This document shows positions 54,801 to 64,000 of a DNA stretch of 64,000 nt, in pieces. Where the stretch lies: assembly GCF_009914755.1 (NCBI RefSeq), contig NC_060927.1; one strand, 5' to 3'. The notes beneath the pieces were generated by a model. It saw only the letters and a program-made list of their open reading frames with translations, made no database searches and was not told where the DNA came from. Source of the stretch: the human T2T-CHM13v2.0 reference genome, Homo sapiens. How positions within the stretch are numbered: position 1 is the stretch's first letter; each line of letters opens with the position of its first letter. The position numbers and the translations under genes were made by a program.

Positions 54801-55434
54801 TCTCCATGATCATTCAATATTTCTGGAAAAATACAAAAGGATTAATAATTTGAACTATTAAATTCCAATATTTGAGAAAAACCTAAGGTGTTTGAAATGC
54901 AGTTATTAAGGATGCATTTTGCATAATTTGTATTGGGAAATATTTTTGCTCTAAACAATATTTATATTATTAATTAGAATAAGCCTTATGATTACATTTT
55001 AGTTATGTTGTAGATGCATTTTTTTCCAAATATATGAAAAACAAATAAATGACTACTACAAAGAAATGGAAATGATATTTTTAAAATAATGTTTAAATAG
55101 CTCTTTTAAAGATACAATGACACTTGAAACTTAAAAGTTCCAAAACTAGGAAGGCCACGATTTTCATTCACACTTCCATGTCTTCCCAAGATACTCTCAG
55201 ATTTAAAACAAACAAAAACATTTGTTTTTGTAACATGTTTAATTTTGGTCAATATAAATTGAAACATAAATCTGATTTTTAAAGATCTCACTAATGCTCT
55301 AAATTTGAATTTATACTCCTACTAACCAAATTATCTTCTGATTTATAATTATAGGATTTAAAATTTGATATATTATTGTGACTTTTTTAATCTGTCCCTG
55401 AATTATAGTGATTTATGAATAGCCGCGCTAAATG

Positions 55435-55566
55435 TTCATTTGCTTATACATTGGTTAATTTATTTATTCAGCCAAATGCCTCTCAGGTACCAGGCATGGT
55501 TCTAGGCACTAAGACTTAAGTATTTAAAAAAGACAAGGTCTGTACTGACATGAAACTTAAATTCTA
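55435..55566 (-). mobile_element. L2 3' fragment
   Basis: tttattcagccaaatgcct...ccaggcatggttctaggcact...agacaaggtctg...catgaaactta.attcta. Confidence 0.6.
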
Positions 55567-57660
55567 ATTCTGGTTAGTGCTTTAATGCTTTTCACTTTAA
55601 TGCTTTTCAACCTAAATAAGTCAATCTATAACAAATTCACTTTATGCTCATGAATCAGAAAGTCCACATTCTGAGATAATTTTATTTGTAAATGAACAAT
55701 TACAGACTATTACAAACAAATACAAACAAAATTTCTGTAAATTTAGAAGTTAGTAAATCATTTCACTTAACTGGAGTTTATCAGATTACAGAGCCTGGGG
55801 ATATTAGAAGACACCAAAATAGCATTGATACAATCAACATCTGTATTTAAGTCAGCATCCTAATTTCACTTGCTATGGAAAAAAAAATGTGTAACAACAT
55901 ATAAATATTGGATGAAAATGTTGGAATGCTTAAAAACAATCTGGAGAATTTCTAGTGTTTACAGGGAACTGCAAGTCTACACTGTAATATCTTTACAGTG
56001 TAATAAGAAATTGAAGTGTCTTGTGACTATGCTACACTGAAACATGTTTAATTTCTCTACTGTAAATGGCCTTTTCATTGTAAAGTACAGGTTTACTTCT
56101 TTAGAATACTAATTTTAATATGTCATATTCGCACTTTCAGGTTTTTGGTTACATTTTAAGTTTGGTGGAAAACATTTACATTGAAAAGTAGGATAATTTG
56201 ATGGAGGAATTTTGTTCTTTATCTTGAGGTTTGAGGGCCTTCAGCCCACTGTGTACAATATAGAGGAACAAAACTGAGTCTCTGAAAGGATGTGACCAGG
56301 CTGTGTGATGCCTGTGGCTTACTGGGCAAATTCATAAACGTGAAATCAAAAGAAGCATGGAGGGATGGTTTCCTTCTCTTTAAAAGAGGCAAAAATTATT
56401 TGCTTCTGCACCAAACTTTTATTGTAAGGATCGAATAAGATATTGACACCATGTTCCAAAAATTATACTCAGTTAAAAAAACTCTAACTGATATTATTCC
56501 AGTTTTTTGCTATTGTCTGCTCATCAAAATTATTATAATTTATGTACACGTATTTAAGGAAAGAAAAAAATGCTTCTCATCAAGATTTGAATTATACACT
56601 TAAACTACTTCTTTATTTTCAAAGTGCTATTTGCTTATTTTGGAGCTCGGAGCAAATGATAAGTTTCTCTTAATTACTGGTCACTCATATTACACAACAG
56701 ACACTGTGAGTGGCTTCCTAATGACTCAAAGCATAATGAACGCTGTAGGGACAGAAAACCTTCTAGGCTTCAGAAGTAATATATCAGATATGACAGAGAC
56801 CCTTTAATGAGAGTCATAAATTTTAACTGTCTAAACCAGAAACAAACGTTTTAGCACTTCCTCTGTGGATGAACCCAAGTCCAGATCATTCATTGAGTTC
56901 TGTGGTCTGCAATGACAACTGTGAGAAATTAACAAGGAAGTGGAGCCCTTTCCTTTAATAATACCAAATGATTAAAAAGACCTAAAAAAAATCAATTGAC
57001 TAATCAATAGTGTGTAACTGCTTGAAGCATTTTCCCCATGCTAATCAACCATTAAGTTGTTTAAACTAAATACCTCCATTTTCTCCAATTACTGAACCGA
57101 TTTACAAGACATGGTCAAGGGTGTCAGAGTCTACTGGAGCCAGATTCCAGAGCTTTCGTTATTGGAGGAGACAGAAAATAATTTTTAAGTGATCCTCTCT
57201 CACTACACAGTCTAAAGACTCTTAAAAGGGAAGATGTGATAGAAGATATTCTGCCAGTTCCAGACATTGGTGAATTAATGTGTTACTCTCAAGTTCTAAA
57301 CATGTATATTTGTTTGAGAATATGGGTAGGAAGTTATTTGAATTTAGGAGTAATAGAGGTCAAAATAACTAAAGAAAACATCTATACAATATATACAGGC
57401 AGGCCTTTAAATTTGTTTTTCAATTTCAGCCATGATGAGCAGCATGTAGCAAACAAGACCCCAAATTCAAAACAACAAAAAGTATTCTAACATGTGAAGT
57501 GACATATTATTACCTACCTGTATATTGCCAGCAACTCTAGTATGAAAACCACTTGTAAACTTTTAAGTTAAATGACACTGTGGGGGAAGAACAACACTAA
57601 AAAATAACTTTAAACAAGGGGGAAAAACTTTTTTATTGATATGTTTTACTTTGCTGGCAG

Positions 57661-57769
57661 ACCAGAGCAAAGGTTTTGTGAACATTTAAAAGATGAAAAA
57701 GGTGAAGAATCCCAGAAGCGGTTTATCTTGAAGCGAGATAACTCTAGTATTGATAAAGAAGACAATCAG
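57661..57769 (+). CDS. ARPP21: ARPP21 long-isoform exon, SUZ domain N-part (PEQRFCEHLKDEKGEESQKRFILKRDNSSIDKEDNQ)
   Basis: ttgctggcag|A acceptor, CAG|gttggt donor, 109 nt, phase 2-0; FILKR is a SUZ-type motif. Confidence 0.95.
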
Positions 57770-59655
57770 GTTGGTTCTCAAGTTTGAGAGTGGCTGACAT
57801 TGTTGTTTTTGAAGGTGGGCTGACTGATGTTCATGTCGTCCCTCTGTTGTCCCTGCCTTCCCTCCAATCCTCCCCTGCCTCTGATACCACTGTCCTATCT
57901 CCAACCTCCTTCTCCTCCTTCCCTCCCCCTTTGGCATTCAATGGGTAGCAAAAAAAAATATGTCCTGGTTGCTTTAGCAATGGCTCTGTGTTGGGCTGCA
58001 TGGGTGGTGCTTGGCGCAGTTTCCGCTGCATGTCTGGGAGGGTCGGGATGCCACAGGCTCCGAGCTGTGGAGAAAAGCTTTGTCAGTCGCATATCCAGAT
58101 GTCTGTGTAACTATGGCAGTCGTTCCACTCCCTACAGCTTTGTCCTTCAGTTGTGCACAAATTGAGCTGGATTATCAATACGGACCGATGATCAACCGGT
58201 GTAGCTGTAAAGAACAAACCTTGTTATGGTGAGGACAGGTGGATTTTGCAACTATCCTAAAATAAGTCTTCAGAGAAAAGAATTGAGTTCATGTTTTAGT
58301 CTTTTATCCCCTCTCCTTCCCATGTTTTATGGTCCATGTAAATTGTCTGCTTGTTTTGCATGAAGTGTAGCAGAACTTTATCCTTGTGTATTTTGCTTGT
58401 GACAAAACATTATGTTGTTCTAGAGTAGCCTTATTTGTGGTACCCGGACAGGAGCAAAGAGACCTTACTAAATCTCTTCTTTAGATTGGCGGGGGGCTAT
58501 GGGATCCAGGGTGATTAGAAGAAAGCTAAGTAAATGGCAAAAAAAAAAAATTCCATAAATTTTTAAATGATGATAACAATAGAAAGTCATATAAATGCCA
58601 TTACAATTATACTTTGTGTCTCTGACAATCAAAATAGACTTTTTTTGAAAATGACTTTGCTTTAGAATTCTTAAAGGTAAGACAATATGCATCTCAAGTT
58701 ATCATTTTAATCACTCTCGGTGAGTCATTCAGCCAGTATGTGCATCTCTGACGCACTTTTTAAAAACTTGTTCATCATTTGTATCTCGTTTCCTCCCACT
58801 GCCACCAAGCTACACCATGGCTCCTGTTGACTATGAAACATGTGCCTGTGTCATGTTTAGTGGGTGTCTGTTGAATGGATGGATGAATGTGGTTAGTGCA
58901 GAGCAGTTTGTGAGGAATGGAAAGAATAGATGGAAGGAGACTTAAGATGCAGGAAGTAGTCAGAAAATAGGATAAAGAGCAGTCCTCATGCTGGGTTCTT
59001 TGAAGCATTACTTTAGAGTTCTTGGTATTGACTCTTGTCAACAAACAGGTTTTTAAAATTTAGCCTGTAAACCTGAGGTCATTCATTCTATGCTAAATGC
59101 AATTCATGGGATCAGTCACTGAATGAATTACACAAATTAGAAGATGAAGAAATAATGTCCACATCTTCCTTTCTGTTAATTACTTTCTTTGCTCACTTGC
59201 TTTTTCTCCAGTCCCCAAGCTTTCAAAATGATTTCTTCCCTCAGCTACCTTGAACTAGCCACTTCCTCTTTTTTCACCGGCATTCTGCCTCCTTCTGAGG
59301 AGTCAGAACCACACAGGTAAGCAAGACAGACAGAGTCCATCAGTGATGAGCCATCACGTATGTGAATTGGCTGAATACCTGAGGCACAGTGAGGTGCACT
59401 CGTTTTGGAAACACCTGTGCTACTTGCATCCAGTGAGGAACCAACCAGCAGCAGTAAACACCTCTCACCATTGCATGTCATGCACACACATGGTACATGC
59501 ACCCAACACAGCCTCCTCAGGAAACAGAGAGAATGAGATTTTTCAGGCTCCATTTGTTTAAGTGAACATTTATTATTCTTAGCTGACAGTTGCTTAACCA
59601 CAGATTTCTAACAACGCAACTTGGATAACCCTCCTGATTTCTTTTTTCTGTTCAG

Positions 59656-59757
59656 CAAAACAGAATGCATCCATTTAGAGATGACAGACGAAGTAAATCA
59701 ATTGAAGAGAGAGAAGAGGAATATCAGAGAGTGAGGGAGAGAATATTTGCACACGAT
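59656..59757 (+). CDS. ARPP21: ARPP21 long-isoform exon, SUZ domain C-part, aa 266-299 (QNRMHPFRDDRRSKSIEEREEEYQRVRERIFAHD)
   Basis: tttctgttcag|CAA acceptor, GAT|gtgagt donor, 102 nt, phase 0-0; EEREEEY-x-R-x-RERIF SUZ signature. Confidence 0.96.
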
Positions 59758-61200
59758 GTGAGTAGTTGTTTTAATTGCCTCTTTAGTGCGCTCCTTCCAA
59801 CAGCAGTAAGGCTTCCTCATTCCCCAGACAGCGAGGTGGCAGGGAATAAAAAGGCTGGAGCCAGAGAACAAATCAAACTGAAGAAAACTAGAGGTGATTT
59901 TGGAAGAGGATCTGGTTCAGGGAAGTGATAGAAACCTAGCCAAGGGTTTGGGTGTGTTCTTAGGATATGACTGGTGGGGGCATGTAGAGAGGTATGATTT
60001 TGGTCAGTGATACAGACCTTAAATACAGAAAGTGTTTGTCAGATTTGAAGAAATGCCTTCACCTCCACATTAGCCAGCAGATTACCTACCTAGTGTTGTT
60101 TTCTTTTTAATAACAACATTGTACAGGGTAAAGAATTACAAAGAAGAGAGAATCTGTTTATCTCACACACACATCCATATACAACGAGTATTTTCTGGGT
60201 TGTTAGCAAATATGGACATTTCATTATACTAAATTTAGATTATTTTTCTCCTCAATTTCAAATCAAATCTGTGAACAGTTTGTCAAGGGAATAATCATAA
60301 AACAAATCCGAACAACAAAAAAAATGGTTGGAATTTTTTATCTTTACCCACTATGGTCAAGATAAAATGCAATTAATTAAACATTAAAAGGTAAAAAAAA
60401 GTAGAGGCTGGATTTAAATGCAAGGAAAAGGGCAAGCAACTGCCATAGCGTTTTCATTCCATGCAATCATTTAGCAGCCTCCTCAAATGATGTGGGTTCT
60501 TCCCCCTGCGTCAGTAGAAGTGTGAGCTCCTTTGTAAGACTCCGTGGCCAACATGGCAAGCTTTGCTGAGTCTAGTGGAATATCTGATCTCCTGCTGTGA
60601 TCTGCTTCTGGAGACAACACAAAGCCAGCCCAGAGAAGTAGGCTTCAGTGCTTAGCTTGGAGGAAGACTGCTGTCCTGAAAAGTTTCAGGCCAAAGCCAG
60701 TTTCTCTGATCTTCCAGCTGGTCTGGTTCCATTAATATGAAAGTGCAGGGGAGATTCAACCTCCTCCAGCACTGCACTTCTTTCACGTTTATATCCCGCC
60801 CCCTACAACCCCCGCCACCTTTCTTGAACACACTGAAATAGAATTTTGAAGATTGGATGATCCAGCTAAGAGCTCTGAAATTAGAAGAGTGTGAGAGAGA
60901 GGGAGATGGAAGTTACCATTGTTGGAGGTCTGGATGCAATTTTAGGAGACTCTGCATATGTGTAGGCTACTTAGAATTTTATTATGGTCAGAATTTTAGA
61001 TAATGCAAAATACAGCCTGACATATGGTGGGCCTTTAATTGTGTTTGGTGGATACAAGAATGAAGTGATGAGATGATCTTTTCCAGTCATAATAAGGATG
61101 CCTACAGTGGCCTGGAAAGTAGCATTTTCCTGTCTGAAGACCTTCATAGAGCTTCATAGAGATAATTTTTTTGAAAGTTAATTCATTTTTTGTTCTTATT

Positions 61201-61226
61201 CTCTCTCTCTTGCTCTCTCTCTCTCT

Positions 61227-61268
<42 letters not shown>
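61201..61268 (+). repeat. (CT)n(CA)19 compound microsatellite
   Basis: Read directly. Confidence 0.95.
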
Positions 61269-61269
<1 letters not shown>

Positions 61270-62167
61270 TTTCTCTCACACTCTGGTCCTGGCAGGTCAA
61301 GTAATTTATGAATGAGTTATGTTGAAAAGAAAATACAAATCACACATAAAATGCACATGCAATATTATGCTGTTTTTAAAGTTGTGTCACATTGTTAGAC
61401 ACTTGACAGCTAGGTGACAAAGTCTGTCACTAATGCCTGTCTGTAATGAAGATGACACCTGTCCTGCTTATTTCATTTGCCAATTCTCATGGACAAAGAG
61501 AGGTCACTGGGAGACAGGGTCTGCATGACTTTCTCTATACATTGCATTTCCTTACAACCTTGTTAACGAGATTAACAGCTGGGGATCTGGGTTAAACATT
61601 TTAGGCAAGTGTTGCTATTTGAAGCATCTATGCCCACATGCTGTATCAACAGTTTTTAAAAAATAAAAGCACATTTAAATGTGAGAAATCTTAAATGTCA
61701 AGCTATTGCCATAGCTTTTTAAATCCATGAAATCATTTGGCAGCCTTCTTTAAAATGCTGTGGCTTCTTCTCTCTGTAGGAATAGAGGTGTGAGCCCCTT
61801 TGGTAGCCTCCCTAGTGGCCAGCTCTTCCGGCTTTACTAATTTGAGTGGAGGACCAGCCTGTTTCTAGCATGCTTTTTAACTTGATATCCTAGGGCAGCG
61901 TTTTAAATTGGCATCAGGTACCCAGACTATACTCACAGAAGGGCTTGAAGGATTAACTGAAGTCCCAGACATCATTTGCAAATCATGTTCATGAACACGT
62001 GTGCATTTTTTAAAGAAATGGTCCCTATTGTATATCATATTCTTACAAGTTTCCATAACCGTTAAAAGGCTAAGACCCTTTCTCTTAGAGGGCAAGAAAC
62101 ACCTAGTGTCTTTCTCTATCTGTATAGCTCTGCTAGAGATATGCAATCATACCACTGGTATTTTCTA

Positions 62168-62720
62168 TGTGTTAGCTATTTGTTGCCTTATAACAAAAAA
62201 TTCCAAAATTTGGCAGCTGAAAACAAACACTTATCATCTCACAATTTCTGTGGGTCAGGAGTCTGGGAGTAGCTTAACTGGGTGATTCTAGCTCAGAGTC
62301 TTACATGAGGTTGCAGTTAAGCTGTCAACTGGGGCTGCAGTCATCTGAAGGCTTGATCAAGTGGTTATCTGCTTTCAAACTCTCTTACATGATTATTGGA
62401 AGGCCTCAATTCTTCACTGGCTATAGGCTGGAGATCTCAGTTCCTTACAATGTAGGCTTCTATAGGCTGTTTGGTGTCTTCATGACATGGCAACTAACTT
62501 CCCCTGAAGAAAGTGATTTAAGGGAGAAAGAGAGAGAAAGCCCAAGATGGAAGAAGCCACAGTCTTTTATAACCTAATCTTGGATATGATATATCTTCCC
62601 AGCTATATTGTCTTGGACACTCAGATCAACATTGGAACAATGTGGAAAGTACCACACAAGGTTGTGAATATCAAAAGGCAGGGATCATTGGGGGTGACCC
62701 TGTATAAAGAGGCTATTACT
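62168..62720 (-). mobile_element. MLT1 (MaLR, MLT1F-like) solo LTR
   Basis: atctcacaatttctgtgggtcaggagtctgggagtagcttaactgggtg...ggggctgcagtcatctgaaggcttga; explains ORFs 62305-62577 and 62547-62807. Confidence 0.85.
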
Positions 62721-63190
62721 GTATCCTCTATTGACACAAACATAAAGGCAGCACACTTTAGGGGACCCTCATCTAGTACTTCCAGATCCCCAAATGATCA
62801 TTACTAGTGCCCAAATGGCTGAGGCACAAGATCATTCTTTCATAAGATGATAATTACAGTATATTAAATCAATTAGAGAACAAATGCAAAGAATCCAGCA
62901 TAAGGAAACTGTGTTACAGAACTCTAATCTTTTTCATAGCTGGTCTTTAGTTTAGTTTCTTCATAATTTGAAAACTGAGCTAACAAAGCGGCTTTCCTTG
63001 GCAATTATTATTTAAGCAGTGGAGTGATTTAAATAGGTTCAAATATTGCTTAAGTGTATTTTTTTGCTACTTGAAGTAAAAGTAGAAAGTTCAGAAATAC
63101 TTCCTGGTATTTACAATTTAGCAAAAGTCAAATTTATTTTAAAATCAGAAACATTCTTGAATATTTTCCAAATATATCTTGGTGTCTAAG

Positions 63191-63195
<5 letters not shown>

Positions 63196-63245
<50 letters not shown>
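63196..63245 (+). repeat. (TG)25 microsatellite followed by imperfect TG/AG run
   Basis: Read directly. Confidence 0.95.
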
Positions 63246-63250
<5 letters not shown>

Positions 63251-64000
63251 GAGAGAGTGTGTGTGTGTATGTGTTTGTGTGTGCTTTTGTATACAGGCAC
63301 ATAAAATATGTGATTTGCTTTGGGGATTTTCCAGAAAAAAATTCAAATCCACTTTGAGAATTTTGAGATTTTGAGATAAGACAAATTTCTTCATTATTTG
63401 AGAACTAAATAGTTGTAAGTCAAAACAACAATTTAGAATTTAGTACCTAAATAATAAATGTATTTTTTGTAGTCAATATATTTGAAATGTAATTCTTTTT
63501 TCCTTTGGCAAAACTTTATATTTAGGCTTATTTTATGGTTAATTCTATGCAATGTAACTGACTTTGGGAAGGTTAAATTGATAAAGCAATATACTTGAGA
63601 AGGTATGTTTTGCCTGGAGGCTAATTTCTGAAGGATATTTGTGTATAAATAGAGATTCAGTGAAGAGTTCATCTGTGGTCCTCCTAACATGTGCTGGGAC
63701 TCCTCTTCAGTGGGGATGGGTAATAAGGGCATGTGGTGCCACCAGAGCTGAGGGTGGGATGTGGGAGAGAACTCTATAACCCATTAAGCAAAATCGTTTT
63801 TCTTCTTTTGAAAAGAAGCAAGCCTTTTATATCCGAGAATGCATATAAGTGACAGCTTTGAATGTTGCACTTAATTACTGTGACAATTTTATCTTTCTCT
63901 GCTATTAAAATTATTAATACTACTTTTTTTAAAAAAAGTTTATTTTCATCAGCTAGTGAATCACAGCCCATAACTGTATCTATCTTATTTATGAAAATGT

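Noticed and set aside
55978-56002. 10-bp stem hairpin tacactgtaa/ttacagtgta
   Set aside because: Short and AT-rich; plausible by chance in 64 kb.

Overview
Primate (human-like) AT-rich genomic DNA carrying the 5' half of ARPP21 (cAMP-regulated phosphoprotein 21 / RCS / TARPP) on the + strand. Ten coding exons were reconstructed by hand with GT-AG boundaries and continuous reading frame. Three shared exons (32438-32566, 33534-33575, 34412-34501) splice either to a short terminal exon (34707-34715 plus a ~1.8 kb 3'UTR), giving the 89-aa ARPP-21/RCS protein with its PKA site RRKS56, or to six further exons (38425-59757) encoding the R3H and SUZ RNA-binding region of the long isoform, which continues beyond the window. 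Upstream are non-coding 5'UTR exons (30473-30646 and a probable alternative one ending at 31856) and about 30 kb of intronic/upstream DNA with old repeats (MIR, L2, L1M, MER5A, LTR16); MER3, MLT1 and further MIRs lie in downstream introns. No Alu was seen. Most entries in the ORF track are non-coding noise. I cannot demonstrate a new biological system. The best candidates are regulatory: two alternative 5'UTR exons that launch uORFs ending at one shared stop in frame with the main ATG; a candidate poison exon, RBFOX/NOVA motifs and a possible internal first exon in the intron that splits the SUZ domain; a 218-nt pure-purine GAA tract; a perfect 22-bp intronic hairpin; a twin-primed L1PA micro-insertion; an E-box/CRE-like cluster; and a sense (UG)25 tract next to a weak donor. 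Repeat family names and boundaries are by-eye approximations.
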